From: Nitrospirales bacterium
GTDB lineage: Bacteria; Nitrospirota; Nitrospiria; Nitrospirales; UBA8639
Assembly (NCBI GenBank): GCA_965203295.1
Contig: CBDBCZ010000019.1
Span: 1,568,001-1,632,000, forward strand
DNA: 64,000 bases
Direction: 5' to 3'
The notes beneath the pieces were generated by a model. The model did no database searches. It saw only the letters and a program-made list of their open reading frames with translations, and was not told the origin of the DNA. A program made the position numbers and the translations under genes. Positions 34,722 to 46,132 of the stretch are shown here, one piece after another (position 1 is the first letter of the stretch; each line of letters begins with the position of its first letter).

Positions 34722-35492
34722 TTACAATTTGGAACATGTGCCAATCTGATTCCAAGCTTTCTCGGCCTCCAGTAAATCTTCAGGCGTATCAACACGAATG
34801 GAAGAATGGGTCGTTTCCCAAACATAAATGGGAAGGCCGTGCTCTAACGCCCGAAGCTGCTCTAATTTTTCTTGTTCTTCGAGAGCACCCGTTGGAAACT
34901 GAGAAAATCGTAGCAAGGCCTCACGACGAAAGATATACACGCCCAAGTGCATATACAAGCAACGTGCTTCGGTCGCTGGAAGTGATACGTCTCGGTCATA
35001 AGGGATGGAGGATCTGGAAAAGTACAGGGCAACACCCTTTTGATCCGTGACAACCTTGACGACTGAAGGATCATGTGTGTCTTGAGCTTGCTTAAAACGC
35101 CGTTTGAGAGTCCCAATAGGCACCTGGCTTTGAAGGAAGGGAACGATGAGATCATTCAACAAATCAGGATGAAGAAGTATTTCATCTCCCTGCACATTGA
35201 GGAAAATATTCCCTTTCAGAGATGCCGCCGCCATAGCGACTCGATCGGTTCCTGTGCGGCATGGTTCATCAATAAGCAACCCCATTCCTCCAAACCCTTT
35301 CACCTCTTCCAGGATTTGAAGATCGTCTGTCGCAACGACGACATCTCTCACACCATGGGCTCCTGCTGCACCTTCATACACATATTGAATCAGGGATTTT
35401 CCGGAAAGTTTTGCGAGAGGTTTACCTGGAAATCGCGATGATCCAAAACGTGCTGGAATGACCACCGTCACTCGCTCGTTATGGTTTTGCAT
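34722..35492 (-). CDS. kdsB: CMP-KDO synthetase
   Basis: IPARFGSSRFPGKPL, NVQGDE, EKLEQLRAL. Confidence 0.97.
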   Translation of the reverse strand: MQNHNERVTVVIPARFGSSRFPGKPLAKLSGKSLIQYVYEGAAGAHGVRDVVVATDDLQILEEVKGFGGMGLLIDEPCRTGTDRVAMAAASLKGNIFLNVQGDEILLHPDLLNDLIVPFLQSQVPIGTLKRRFKQAQDTHDPSVVKVVTDQKGVALYFSRSSIPYDRDVSLPATEARCLYMHLGVYIFRREALLRFSQFPTGALEEQEKLEQLRALEHGLPIYVWETTHSSIRVDTPEDLLEAEKAWNQIGTCSKL

Positions 35493-36543
35493 GTAGAATC
35501 GCTTCCCGCAATTGAGTATTGGTCACACAAGCCGTCCCCACCATCCCTACGACCAAACCCGCAGCATGATTGGCCAACACCGCTCCTTCTTTAATTGAAG
35601 CCCCGGCACTCATTGCTAAGGCCAGAGTGCTGACCACGGTATCCCCAGCCCCCGTGACATCGTAGACCTGACGAGCCACGGCTGGAATATGCGAACTTGA
35701 ACCATCAGCTTCGTTCAAAGTCATACCGTGTTCCCCACGAGTGACCAATACGGCTTCACACCCGAGTTTGTGACGAATCTGATGACCGGCTTCTATGATT
35801 GGGTTGGGACTTGACTTGCTGACTTCAGCTCCCTGCTGTACCTCCAGATGATTTGGGGTGAGTATCGTGACACCTGCATAGTAAGGCAAATGATCAACTT
35901 TTGGATCCACAATGATAGGAATCTTTTTCTTCCTTGCCATCCTGGAAATTTCCACCATTAATGAAGCTGTGACCACTCCTTTGGCATAGTCAGATATCAC
36001 CAAACATGAAATATCTTGGAGGTGAGTCCTTATATACTGAATCATCTGCCGAATGACGGCAGCGGAGACGTCACTTCTCTTTTCCACGTCATACCGAACA
36101 ATTTGTTGACTATGGGCCACGATGCGCGTCTTGCGAGAGGTGGGCCGGTGAGAATCGATGATCACTCCACGTGGATTAGACGGCTTGACACCTAGTTCAT
36201 TCAAGAAAGCTTTTCCACTCTCATCGGATCCAATGACCCCACAGACTTCAGCCTTACCACCTAATGAAAGAATATTATTATATACATTGGCTGCCCCACC
36301 CAGTCTTAATGATTCGGAGTCCACATGAACCACTGGGACTGGCGCCTCCGGGGAAATCCGGTCAACCGATCCCCAAATAAAATGGTCCAGAATCAAATCA
36401 CCAATGACTAAAATATTGGCTTGTGAAAATTTATTCAGGTATCGAGAAAGTCGTCGGTAAGGGAAAAAGAGGGAATATTGAGAAACTTGTGAAGGCTTGA
36501 CGGCGTTGGGTTTGGGAAGGCGGCGTACAACGTGTGAGCGCAC
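35479..36543 (-). CDS. rfaE1: D-glycero-beta-D-manno-heptose-7-phosphate kinase (RfaE/HldE domain I); start uncertain
   Basis: RISPEAPVPV, LGGAANV, SDYAKG, DVTGAGDT. Confidence 0.93.
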   Translation of the reverse strand: MRSHVVRRLPKPNAVKPSQVSQYSLFFPYRRLSRYLNKFSQANILVIGDLILDHFIWGSVDRISPEAPVPVVHVDSESLRLGGAANVYNNILSLGGKAEVCGVIGSDESGKAFLNELGVKPSNPRGVIIDSHRPTSRKTRIVAHSQQIVRYDVEKRSDVSAAVIRQMIQYIRTHLQDISCLVISDYAKGVVTASLMVEISRMARKKKIPIIVDPKVDHLPYYAGVTILTPNHLEVQQGAEVSKSSPNPIIEAGHQIRHKLGCEAVLVTRGEHGMTLNEADGSSSHIPAVARQVYDVTGAGDTVVSTLALAMSAGASIKEGAVLANHAAGLVVGMVGTACVTNTQLREAILHAKP

Positions 36544-36556
36544 CGATCCAGATTCC

Positions 36557-37324
36557 TTATTGTTTCAATGTAATGAATTTTCCAAGACGGTCCCATCGAA
36601 CCCATTCGGTCAAAGGGCCCTGTCCATTCCATGACCAATACACCAAGAACGCACGGCCTTTGATTTTATGCGTCCGCACATAACCCCAGAATCGACCATC
36701 TAGACTTTGATCCCGGTTATCACCCATCACAAAATACGAATCAAGCGGGACAGTTTTGGGACCATAATTATCTCGTGGATTTATTCGGCCATCAATGATA
36801 CCAGGATCAGTGTGTTGGGTATAACCCTTATCTTTCAGCGCTTTGTCGTTGATATACAAGACCTTATTTCGGATTTGAATGGTATCACCAGGCAACCCAA
36901 TGACTCTTTTAATAAAGTCTTTATTTTCGTCTTCCGGATACCGAAAAACAATAATATCACCTCTTTGTGGCGGATCAAATTCCATCAACAGCTTCGATGA
37001 ATAACACGTGATAGGTGGAAAGCTGATTTGAAATTGACAATCTTGAGGCAATTGCAGACCATACGCCATCTTGCTCACAAGAATATGATCACCGATGAGC
37101 AAGCTCGGGATCATCGACCCTGAAGGAATTTTAAACGCTTGCACAACAAACACCCGAATGGTAAAAGCTAGAATGATGGCGATAATAATCGCTTCCGCAT
37201 ATTCACCATAAATTGATTTTCTGGTCGGTGACTCCCCTGTGTTGACGCTCTTTTCAGAAGACGTGGGAACAGGTGTCTGGGCGTCTTGAAAGGGGTCTGT
37301 CTGATGATCGAATTTACTCATCAC
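36557..37324 (-). CDS. lepB: Signal peptidase I
   Basis: [28 protein letters not shown]. Confidence 0.96.
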   Translation of the reverse strand: MMSKFDHQTDPFQDAQTPVPTSSEKSVNTGESPTRKSIYGEYAEAIIIAIILAFTIRVFVVQAFKIPSGSMIPSLLIGDHILVSKMAYGLQLPQDCQFQISFPPITCYSSKLLMEFDPPQRGDIIVFRYPEDENKDFIKRVIGLPGDTIQIRNKVLYINDKALKDKGYTQHTDPGIIDGRINPRDNYGPKTVPLDSYFVMGDNRDQSLDGRFWGYVRTHKIKGRAFLVYWSWNGQGPLTEWVRWDRLGKFITLKQ

Positions 37325-39125
37325 TGACTTTCAACAGCGCAAGAAAAGTCTCTTGAGGGACCTCAACTCGTCCTAATTGCTTCATTCGTCTTTTCCCCTC
37401 TTTTTGCTTTTCCCACAATTTTCGCTTTCGGGAGATATCTCCACCATAACATTTGGCCGTGACATTCTTTTTCAAGGCGGGAACCGTCTCACGGGCAATG
37501 ATCCGACGTCCAATGGCAGCCTGGATGGCAATTTCAAACATTTGCTTAGGAATAAGTTGTTTCATTTTTTCTGTGAGTTGTCGTGCTCGCTGCGTAGCTT
37601 TATCCCGATGAGTGATAAACGATAAGGCGTCAACCGTCTCTCCATTCAGGAGCAGATCCAGCTTCACCAAATCAGATTCACGATAACCGACTAACTCATA
37701 ATCAAGTGAGGCGTATCCCTGAGACCGTGACTTCAAACGATCATAAAAGTCTAGCACCATCTCGTTCAGGGGCAGTTCATAGGTCAACATCACACGAGTC
37801 GGATCCAAATATTGAAGGCTCTTCTGCATTCCCCTTCGTTCTTGACACAGTTGCAGAATATTTCCAACATGTTGCTCTGGAACAATGATGGTCGCCTGAA
37901 TATACGGTTCCTGCATGATTTCAATTTGCCCTGGGTCAGGCAACTTTGATGGGTTTTCAATATTCACAACTTCACCGTTTGTGGTGGTGACTCGGTAGAT
38001 CACTGTCGGTGCCGTGCTAATCAAATCCAACTTGTATTCGCGTTGAAGTCGTTCGCGAATAATTTCCATGTGAAGCAAACCCAGAAAACCACAACGAAAC
38101 CCGAACCCTAACGCGATAGAAGTTTCTGGTTCATACACAAAAGAAGAATCATTTAAACGAAGTTTTTCTAGTGAATCCCGCAAGTCTTCAAAATCCGCAT
38201 TGTCGGTGCAATAGAGGCCACAAAAAACCAGTGGTTTGGCCTCTCGGCACCCTGGGAGAGGTGTATCAGTCGGCCTACTCGCTTCTGTGATGGTATCACC
38301 GATTTTCGTATCCGAGACGTCTTTCATTCCCGCACAGATATACCCAACTTCTCCAGTTTCCAATCGAGAAGTTTTCATTCGTTTAGGGGTGAAAATCCCG
38401 ACTTCCGAGACCTCAAAAATTCGATTATTCGACATCATTCGAATATTCATCCCGGGAACGATTTCTCCATCAAAGACGCGTAAAAGAACGATCGCACCCT
38501 GATAACTATCAAACCAAGAGTCAAAAATGAGCGCTTTGAGAGGTTTTTGGGCATTTCCTTTTGGTGGAGGGATCTTGTGAACAACCTCCTCTAACACATC
38601 TTGAACACCCAACCCCTCCTTGGCACTCACCAAAAGCGCTTCATCCGTATCGAGGCCCAAAACTTCCATGATCTGATGCTTGACGCCCTCGATGTTGGCA
38701 CTAGCCAGGTCAATCTTGTTGATAACCGGAAGAACGACCAAATCGTTGGCTATAGCCAGATAGGCGTTTGCGATGGTTTGAGCTTCGACACCTTGCGTTG
38801 CATCAACCAAAAGCAACGCACCTTCACAAGCTGCGAGACTTCTGGAAACCTCATAGGTAAAGTCAACATGACCCGGTGTATCAATGAGGTTCAATTGATA
38901 GGTCTTTCCATCTTTAGAGGAAAAAGTCGTCGTGACCGTATGGGCTTTAATCGTAATCCCTCGTTCACGTTCCAAATCCATATCATCAAGAATTTGCTCC
39001 CTGAATTCTCGTGATGTAATGGCTCCAGTCATCTCCAAAAATCGGTCAGCCAATGTAGACTTCCCATGATCAATATGGGCGATGATTGAAAAATTTCGAA
39101 TGTACAAAGGAGAAATGGTGCTCAT
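37314..39125 (-). CDS. lepA: Elongation factor 4 (LepA)
   Basis: [30 protein letters not shown]. Confidence 0.99.
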   Translation of the reverse strand: MSTISPLYIRNFSIIAHIDHGKSTLADRFLEMTGAITSREFREQILDDMDLERERGITIKAHTVTTTFSSKDGKTYQLNLIDTPGHVDFTYEVSRSLAACEGALLLVDATQGVEAQTIANAYLAIANDLVVLPVINKIDLASANIEGVKHQIMEVLGLDTDEALLVSAKEGLGVQDVLEEVVHKIPPPKGNAQKPLKALIFDSWFDSYQGAIVLLRVFDGEIVPGMNIRMMSNNRIFEVSEVGIFTPKRMKTSRLETGEVGYICAGMKDVSDTKIGDTITEASRPTDTPLPGCREAKPLVFCGLYCTDNADFEDLRDSLEKLRLNDSSFVYEPETSIALGFGFRCGFLGLLHMEIIRERLQREYKLDLISTAPTVIYRVTTTNGEVVNIENPSKLPDPGQIEIMQEPYIQATIIVPEQHVGNILQLCQERRGMQKSLQYLDPTRVMLTYELPLNEMVLDFYDRLKSRSQGYASLDYELVGYRESDLVKLDLLLNGETVDALSFITHRDKATQRARQLTEKMKQLIPKQMFEIAIQAAIGRRIIARETVPALKKNVTAKCYGGDISRKRKLWEKQKEGKRRMKQLGRVEVPQETFLALLKVSDE

Positions 39126-39141
39126 TGAATGGAATCTTTTG

Positions 39142-39192
39142 ATTGTATTAGGACCACCCTATGTTGTCAAAAAGAACAGAGGATCTTATAAT
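39142..39192. promoter_or_regulatory. Divergent sigma70 promoters for lepA (-) and bioA (+) with overlapping -35 boxes
   Basis: Minus strand TTGACA-N17-TACAAT (39170..39142); plus strand TTGTCA-N17-TATAAT (39164..39192). Confidence 0.7.
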
Positions 39193-39218
39193 TCAGCCAT
39201 TTTTCGTGAGGTGAGCTG

Positions 39219-40586
39219 ATGTCCTCTCAAAATTCTCCACGCAAATTGGTCCAATGGGACCATCAGTACGTCTGGCACCCCTTTACCCAGATGAAAGAAT
39301 GGGAACAAGAAGATCCACTTATTATTGAACGCGGAGAAGGATCGTATTTGATCGATACTAAAGGAGAACGATATTTAGATGGTGTCTCCTCATTGTGGGT
39401 CAATATTCATGGGCATCGTCATCCAACCCTTAATCAAGCTATTAAGAGCCAGTTAGATCGAATTAGCCATAGTACCCTGCTAGGGCTTTCAAATCCACCT
39501 GCCATTCTTCTTGCTCGGGAACTCGTTAAACTTGCCCCCGCTGGTTTAACTCGAGTGTTTTATTCTGACAATGGATCAACGGCTGTGGAGGTGGCCCTTA
39601 AAATGGCTGTTCAGTACTGGCAGCAGCGAAAGCCACACCAAGAAGGGAAACACGCTTTTGTCCACTTAGGTCTTGCCTATCATGGCGATACCATAGGCGA
39701 TATGAGTATCAGCGGGATTGACCTGTTTCACAAACGGTTCCATCCTCTTTTATTTACCGCAACATCAATTGATCCACCCTACTGCTATCGTTGTCCACTC
39801 CAGTTGACTTACCCATCATGCCAGATCGCCTGTCTTGAACCTTTAGAAACTCTCCTTTCTGAACGTTACCAAGACATTGCGGCCGTCGTCATCGAACCGT
39901 TAATACAAGCAGTGGCTGGCATGATCACCGCTCCCAAAGGATATCTGACGCATGTGAGAGAGCTTTGCACTCGCTATCAGGTATTGCTCATTGTGGATGA
40001 AGTGGCCACTGGCTTTGGTCGAACAGGACGCATGTTTGCCTGCGAACATGAAAATGTAACTCCCGACATTATGGCTGTTGCCAAAGGGTTAACCGGAGGC
40101 TATCTCCCCTTGGCAGCCACGTTAACAACAGAGGACATTTACCAAGCATTTCTAGGGCAATATGACGAATGGAAAACGTTTTTTCATGGACATAGTTATA
40201 CCGGCAATCCTCTTGGCTGTTCAGCAGCATTGGCCAACTTAAAAATTTTTCGGCGGGAGCGAACGCTTCTCAAACTCCAAAAGCGTATTCCCCTTTTTCA
40301 TTCGCTTCTTCAAACTCTAGCAGAAGAAACGCACGTCGGAGACATCCGCAAATGTGGGTACATGGTGGGCATTGAACTCGTTCAAAGTAAACGCATCCGA
40401 AAACCTTTTTCTATCACGGAACGAAAGGGACATTTGGTTGCACAAGCAGCACGCGAGCGGGGTCTCTTGATTCGACCCATTGGGAATATTGTGGTGGTCA
40501 TGCCGCCACTCAATATCAAGGTGAAAGAATTAAAGGAAATCGTATCGATTCTTCGGCAATCGCTTCGTGCAGTCGACTGGCAGTAG
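39219..40586 (+). CDS. bioA: Adenosylmethionine-8-amino-7-oxononanoate aminotransferase
   Basis: VWHPFTQM, YSDNGSTAVEVALK, DEVATGFGRTG, AKGLTGG, HGHSYTGN. Confidence 0.97.
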   Translation: MSSQNSPRKLVQWDHQYVWHPFTQMKEWEQEDPLIIERGEGSYLIDTKGERYLDGVSSLWVNIHGHRHPTLNQAIKSQLDRISHSTLLGLSNPPAILLARELVKLAPAGLTRVFYSDNGSTAVEVALKMAVQYWQQRKPHQEGKHAFVHLGLAYHGDTIGDMSISGIDLFHKRFHPLLFTATSIDPPYCYRCPLQLTYPSCQIACLEPLETLLSERYQDIAAVVIEPLIQAVAGMITAPKGYLTHVRELCTRYQVLLIVDEVATGFGRTGRMFACEHENVTPDIMAVAKGLTGGYLPLAATLTTEDIYQAFLGQYDEWKTFFHGHSYTGNPLGCSAALANLKIFRRERTLLKLQKRIPLFHSLLQTLAEETHVGDIRKCGYMVGIELVQSKRIRKPFSITERKGHLVAQAARERGLLIRPIGNIVVVMPPLNIKVKELKEIVSILRQSLRAVDWQ

Positions 40587-40597
40587 AGAGAAAGCCT

Positions 40598-41401
40598 TCA
40601 TGTAATTTCAATCGAATCACCTACCTTGGCTTCTAGACAACGAGCTGCATGACCTTCTTTTAAAAAAATTTCGAGGTTTCCATTGCTGTTAATGAGAGCC
40701 TGAGGCGCATCCTGAGAGCCTTCACCATAATTGGCTTTTATCCCCTCAATTGTCACACTTCCCATATGGACGGAGATGTCCTGATTTTTGGTCACATCTC
40801 GAAGTGATTGCAGATCATAGGGTTTGATATTAGAAATAAGGTTTCCAAAATGGTCAACATACATAATGCGCCCTGCAAGTACCTTACCTCGAATCTGCGG
40901 CTCCTCCAAAGACAGAGTTTTATAATCCCGAATTAACCGCCCATAAGAACCCGGAACTTGTCCCCGAGTCAGCCATGCTGCAGCGGGAGCAAATACGTCT
41001 CGACCGTCGAAGGTCGCCCCTTCTGAATCAAGACGGTATTGCTTGTTTTCAATTTCCCGTACCTCAACCGACAGTTCCTCATCATCATAAATATGACTCA
41101 ATACACCATTATCCGGAGCCACGAAAAAGTATCGAGAAGTCGAAACCAGAAGAGGTCGTCGGATTGATCCCACTCCCGGATCCACAACCACAACATGGAT
41201 CGTTCCATCTGGAAAGTATTGATAGCACGATTTCAGGAAAAACGCTGCTTCTTCAATACAGTGAGGAGTGATGTGATGCGACAGGTCCAGGATTCTGACT
41301 TGTGTATTGATCCCAAAAATGACGCCTTTCATGCTCGCCACAAAATAATCACGGTCTCCAAAGTCTGTGAGCAGTGTGACAACAGAAATCGCTGAAGGCA
41401 T
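40598..41401 (-). CDS. SAM hydrolase / chlorinase-fluorinase family (DUF62)
   Basis: LLTDFG, VVDPGVG, APDNG, TFDGRDVFAP, DHFGN; start at MPSAIS. Confidence 0.92.
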   Translation of the reverse strand: MPSAISVVTLLTDFGDRDYFVASMKGVIFGINTQVRILDLSHHITPHCIEEAAFFLKSCYQYFPDGTIHVVVVDPGVGSIRRPLLVSTSRYFFVAPDNGVLSHIYDDEELSVEVREIENKQYRLDSEGATFDGRDVFAPAAAWLTRGQVPGSYGRLIRDYKTLSLEEPQIRGKVLAGRIMYVDHFGNLISNIKPYDLQSLRDVTKNQDISVHMGSVTIEGIKANYGEGSQDAPQALINSNGNLEIFLKEGHAARCLEAKVGDSIEIT

Positions 41402-41402
41402 T

Positions 41403-41879
41403 TTATGATTCTCCAAAAATGATCGTCTGAATTTCATATTCAGCCAGGCCGGCTGGGCGGTGGACTTCCACGATATCACCGACACGATGCCCGATAAGAG
41501 CACGGCCTATAGGGGATTGGACAGATATCGTTCCATTTTTAAGGTCTGCCTCCTCTTGGCCAACCAACGTGTATTGTTTTTCTTGTTGTGACTCTAAATC
41601 CATGATTTTTACGGTTGCCCCAAAAACCACCGTCTCACTCCTGACGCTCGTCACGTCAATAATTTGAGAGTCAGCCAACTTTGCCTCAATTTCTGACATT
41701 CGAATGTCAATGAGTTGTTGCCGTTCCTTGGCAGCTTTATACTCAGCATTTTCACGTAGATCACCATGTTCACGAGCTTCAGCTATGTCTTGAATGACTT
41801 GTGGATGCTCTTTTTTTCGCAGCCGAATGAGTTCTGCCTGTAGGGCTTCATAACCCTTTTTTGTAATTGGGACCCCCAT
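41403..41879 (-). CDS. greA: Transcription elongation factor GreA
   Basis: AREHGDLRENAEY, ISVQSPIGRALIG. Confidence 0.97.
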   Translation of the reverse strand: MGVPITKKGYEALQAELIRLRKKEHPQVIQDIAEAREHGDLRENAEYKAAKERQQLIDIRMSEIEAKLADSQIIDVTSVRSETVVFGATVKIMDLESQQEKQYTLVGQEEADLKNGTISVQSPIGRALIGHRVGDIVEVHRPAGLAEYEIQTIIFGES

Positions 41880-42083
41880 AAAGACTCCTAGGCTTCAATA
41901 ATCGTTCTTTAATCGAACATAATTGTTTTTTTGACCGTACATGTGAAATGTATCAAAAAACAACTTGGAAATTTAAGGGGATGGAGCCTGATGAGTCAAA
42001 CTTCCACTGTCCTACCAATGCGGCTGGGATTACGTTCAAACGGCAGCATACCCGAATATCAACACGTTTCAGCAATCAAGGAG

Positions 42084-43007
42084 CTAGAGCTTGAATTTTG
42101 GCGAACGTATGGGGGGCGACTGAGAGGGATCGGTTTCTTTAACTGAATGGTAATACCGCATGGCATCCGGGATCCAAGCTTCAATTTGTTTAATTCGAGT
42201 CACATCCGAAGGGTGAGTCGATAAGAATTCTGGAACAGCCGCATTTGAACGAAAACAAAAACGGCCAATCATCTGTTTGGGACAACCACTCATTCGCTCC
42301 CAAAATCCCACAGCTTCACGGGGATCATATCCTGCCTTAGCCATGAGCCGAAGGCCAATGTAGTCAGCTTCTGATTCCTGCCTGCGACTGTGAGGAAGGG
42401 ATACTCCCACGCCATAGGCATTCATCGCACCCATTGCCACACCAGGATCGACTGCCCCACTCGCTGCACCAGCCATTGCGCCAATTTTTGCGACTTGCTC
42501 CAGAATGCCACGACTATATCGTTCCGCGCCATGGCGTTGAAGAGCATGTGCCACCTCATGTGCCATCACAGTCGCCAACCCGTTTTCATCCTTCGTGTGC
42601 TTTAAAATGCCTGTATAGATGGCTACTTTGCCTCCAGGAAGTGCAAAGGCATTCACCATCTTGTCGTCTTGAATGACGGCAAATTCCCAGTGGTATTCCG
42701 GTTTATTCGCGACGTCAGCAATTTGACGGCCTACCCGATTCACCATGGCGTTGACTTCGGGGTTGGCACTGAGTCGCGCTTGTTTCAGCACTCCACGAAA
42801 GGCCGCAACTCCCATGGCGATTTCTTTTTCTTCAGAGATGAAAATCAGTTGATCCCGAGCTGTGCCAGGTGCCCGTTGACAATTTGCGAGAAAAAGAGTT
42901 GCCACACAGCATACGAGTACGAGCGCCCATCCAGGTTTCTCAAATTTTTCTAACCAGTACAAGACCATTTTCCCTAATTTGCCGGCAAAGAGAGAGGGCT
43001 TCCTCAT
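42084..43007 (-). CDS. M48 family zinc metallopeptidase (lipoprotein-like)
   Basis: NAFALPGG, HEVAH, ESEAD, FLSTHP. Confidence 0.93.
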   Translation of the reverse strand: MRKPSLFAGKLGKMVLYWLEKFEKPGWALVLVCCVATLFLANCQRAPGTARDQLIFISEEKEIAMGVAAFRGVLKQARLSANPEVNAMVNRVGRQIADVANKPEYHWEFAVIQDDKMVNAFALPGGKVAIYTGILKHTKDENGLATVMAHEVAHALQRHGAERYSRGILEQVAKIGAMAGAASGAVDPGVAMGAMNAYGVGVSLPHSRRQESEADYIGLRLMAKAGYDPREAVGFWERMSGCPKQMIGRFCFRSNAAVPEFLSTHPSDVTRIKQIEAWIPDAMRYYHSVKETDPSQSPPIRSPKFKL

Positions 43008-43010
43008 GCC

Positions 43011-44042
43011 TTATGGCAACCACAAATACATAAACTTTGAGCTGCCTCCACCAAATAATGTTGCGAGGACTTCTTCATGGACCCCTGGAAATGAAGGCAT
43101 ATCGATTTCATCCCTCATCATGGGCTCGGAATAAATGTTTTGGTTAAATTTTCCTGGCTGTTGATACATGATGACTCTAGCTTTACGAAGCCCTGCTCGT
43201 TGCTTGGCAAGTTCAATCGCATCATCAAGATACCCAATATCATCAATCAGCCCAAGCTGTTTGGCTTGTTCTGTCGAATAAATCCGGCCGTCCGCCATTT
43301 GCCTTACCTCAGCTTGTGTTAAATTCCCCCGGCCTTCATCAATCACTTGAACAAAACGACCATGGAAGGAATCAATAATGCCCTGAAAAATCTGGCGTTC
43401 CTCTTCGGTCATGGACCGGAACGGAGATCCCATATCCTTGTTATCGCCAGACGTAACGGTGTTGGCCTCAATTCCAACTTTCTCGAGAAGGCCCGCAGCA
43501 TTCAAGGTGACCATAATCACCCCTAAGCTGCCAGTGATGGACGACGGATGAGCAACGATATAATCACTGCCCATCGCCACATAGTAAGCGCCGGATGTAC
43601 CTACGTCCATGATACAGGCAATAACAGGAACCTGCCGTTTTTTCTTAAATTGTGTAATTTCATGATGAATAATATCAGATGCAGTTACCGTTCCACCTGG
43701 ACTGTTTATGCGAAGAACGACAGCTTTCACATGATGGTCATCATTGGCTTTTGTTAGTTCCTCCTTAACTCGAGAAGGCAAACTTCGTCGTTCAAAAAAG
43801 GTCGAGCCACCTGAATCACTAATGAGTCCAGAAATGTCCAGGACAAGGATCTTTTCCGTCCCGTTTCCAAATAACACCTTTTCCTCAAGAGGCCCTCGAG
43901 GAGGGAAAAGAGAGACTGAAATACAGCCGGGAGCAAGGAACAGCAGGAGCCCCCATGCGAGAATTCCAACTGAAAGGCGGCAAGCAAATCCCCGGTTTAC
44001 TTTTACGCGACAGGGTACTTTTCCGCAGAGGCTCGAGAACAA
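43011..44042 (-). CDS. sppA: Signal peptide peptidase SppA (S49); start uncertain
   Basis: RINSPGG, TSGAYY, TGSLGV, DGRIY; lipobox-like LAPGC. Confidence 0.9.
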   Translation of the reverse strand: MFSSLCGKVPCRVKVNRGFACRLSVGILAWGLLLFLAPGCISVSLFPPRGPLEEKVLFGNGTEKILVLDISGLISDSGGSTFFERRSLPSRVKEELTKANDDHHVKAVVLRINSPGGTVTASDIIHHEITQFKKKRQVPVIACIMDVGTSGAYYVAMGSDYIVAHPSSITGSLGVIMVTLNAAGLLEKVGIEANTVTSGDNKDMGSPFRSMTEEERQIFQGIIDSFHGRFVQVIDEGRGNLTQAEVRQMADGRIYSTEQAKQLGLIDDIGYLDDAIELAKQRAGLRKARVIMYQQPGKFNQNIYSEPMMRDEIDMPSFPGVHEEVLATLFGGGSSKFMYLWLP

Positions 44043-44204
44043 GTCGTTACTGGAAAGCCTCCCCCTACAGGTGGTTGGCATCCACTTGCTCGCCTTCCAC
44101 CGTTCTGTTGAATAACCTGTGTTGGGTCCTGATATCAAACAAGACTCTCGATAAGAACAAGACCTTTCAGAATTCCATATCATTCCTGAAAAATGGCCGA
44201 ATCC

Positions 44205-44741
44205 TCATTTCATTCCAAATGAGCCGCGATAGCCAATCCAGCGCCTAAACTTGATAACTAACAAACTTATAGCTAAACCAACATTGATAAGATGCAACCC
44301 CCGCACAAGCATATGGGTACGAAAAAATGCTTCATAGGCTGTCTTTTTGGCAAGTTCCCCTTTAGCTGAAAAAGCGGCTTCCTGTAATTGAATAGCTTGA
44401 GGGCCTAGCACAAACACGATAAGGACCGTCACAACAGCCATGCCAGTCAGAATCCCGACTTCAAAATGCGTCAACGTATATATTGTATCTGAAGATCCCC
44501 AATTAGCCCAAGCCCGAAGAAAGGTTGTTGCGATCAATACCATTAAGACAGCACTTGTCAATAAATTATAATTATCAAAAACTCTCCGCAAAAAACGTCC
44601 TCCCGTTTCCATCCCAAGCGAGCTAAAAACAGCCGGAATAATAGCGACCAAAATAACCGTTAATCCCCCTATCCACATCGTCAGCCCTAACAATTCCACG
44701 AGAGATACAGAGAATTGCCAACCTGATGTTATCCGTCTCAT
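44205..44741 (-). CDS. DUF4149-like membrane protein
   Basis: Four hydrophobic helices, WIGG...PAVF, FFRTH. Confidence 0.75.
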   Translation of the reverse strand: MRRITSGWQFSVSLVELLGLTMWIGGLTVILVAIIPAVFSSLGMETGGRFLRRVFDNYNLLTSAVLMVLIATTFLRAWANWGSSDTIYTLTHFEVGILTGMAVVTVLIVFVLGPQAIQLQEAAFSAKGELAKKTAYEAFFRTHMLVRGLHLINVGLAISLLVIKFRRWIGYRGSFGMK

Positions 44742-44760
44742 ACAATTCTTTTTCCATCGG

Positions 44761-46074
44761 TTATCGAGTAGGAGTTATTTCCTCCCTATCTACTTCTTTA
44801 TAGACGATTGTTCCCCTTACAAGAGTCATCAACACCTTGCCCCTCATGGTCCAACCCGAAAAAGGTGTGTTGCGCCCTTTTGAAAAAAAGGTCGAAGGAT
44901 GAACAACCCAGGTACGATGAGGATTAAAAATCACCACATCTGCTGTTGCACCGGGATATAAGGAACCTTTCGACAACCCGAAAGCCATCGCCGGACCAGA
45001 AGTTAACTTTGAAATAGCGGTTTCAAGAGGCAACACGTTTTCTTCAACCAACCCGAGGGTCAACGGAAGGGCGGTTTCTAATCCCACGATTCCAAATGGA
45101 GCCTCATCAAATTGAAGTTGCTTTTCTTGCACGGCATGCGGGGCATGGTCAGTGGCAATCACATCAATCGTTCCATCTTTTAGTCCTTCTTTCACAGCCT
45201 GCACATCCTCATCCATCCGCAGAGGAGGATTCATCTTGGCAAGGGTGTTAAAAGAACGGACAGCTTCTTCGGTAAGCGAAAAATGATGAGGACAGGCCTC
45301 AGCAGTTACGGGTATGCCTCTCTTCTTGGCTTCACGGATTAATCGAACAGAGCCTTTGGTACTGATATGGGCCAAATGAAGTTTTGCGCCGGTTAATTCA
45401 GCCAAGGATAAATTTCTTCCCACCATGACATCTTCCGCGGCTTCTGATATCCCAGGGATCCCCAGTTCCGTGGAAACGACTCCCTCATTCATGCTTCCCC
45501 CTTCTGAAAGATGGAGATCTTCACAGTGGTCAATTACAGGTATCTGAAAGGCCTTGGCATATTCCATAGCCCGCCGCATGAGCAAACTATTCATCACGGG
45601 CCGTCCGTCATCAGAAATCGCCACGCACCCTGCGTCGTAGAGCTCACCAATTTCAGCCAGCTCTTTGCCTTCCGACCCCTTGGTGATAGCACCAATTGGC
45701 AGAACATTGGCTTTTTGAGCGACAGCCGCCTGTCTGAGAATAAACTCTGTGACTGATTGGGAATCATTAACTGGACACGTGTTTGGCATACAACAGACTG
45801 TGGTGAATCCTCCTGCCACAGCTGCTGCTGATCCGGACGCAATCGTTTCCTTGTATTCCAACCCTGGTTCTCTAAAATGCACATGAAGGTCAATGAAACC
45901 TGGGCATACGATGTTTCCCTTCGCGTCAATGACCGTGCACTGACGTTGTGCTTCCTGGTCTAGTCGAAGACCTTCCCTGACTTCGATCACCTTTCCATTT
46001 TCAATAAGTACATCTGCTGGTCCATTGATGTGACCAGGGTCGATGACATGTCCGCTTTGTATCAGGATTTTCAT
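44761..46074 (-). CDS. pyrC: Dihydroorotase
   Basis: PGFIDLHVHFREPG, MPNT, ATDHAPH. Confidence 0.97.
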   Translation of the reverse strand: MKILIQSGHVIDPGHINGPADVLIENGKVIEVREGLRLDQEAQRQCTVIDAKGNIVCPGFIDLHVHFREPGLEYKETIASGSAAAVAGGFTTVCCMPNTCPVNDSQSVTEFILRQAAVAQKANVLPIGAITKGSEGKELAEIGELYDAGCVAISDDGRPVMNSLLMRRAMEYAKAFQIPVIDHCEDLHLSEGGSMNEGVVSTELGIPGISEAAEDVMVGRNLSLAELTGAKLHLAHISTKGSVRLIREAKKRGIPVTAEACPHHFSLTEEAVRSFNTLAKMNPPLRMDEDVQAVKEGLKDGTIDVIATDHAPHAVQEKQLQFDEAPFGIVGLETALPLTLGLVEENVLPLETAISKLTSGPAMAFGLSKGSLYPGATADVVIFNPHRTWVVHPSTFFSKGRNTPFSGWTMRGKVLMTLVRGTIVYKEVDREEITPTR

Positions 46075-46132
46075 CGCAATCTCTCTATGAAATAACAATT
46101 CATATGAAGCCTCTCTTCGTAACTGCAAAGTG

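Noticed and set aside
41975..42020. ggggatggagcctgatgag as a fluoride riboswitch or hammerhead core
   Set aside because: The required pairing and the downstream GAAA/pseudoknot elements are missing, and it is antisense to the flanking genes.
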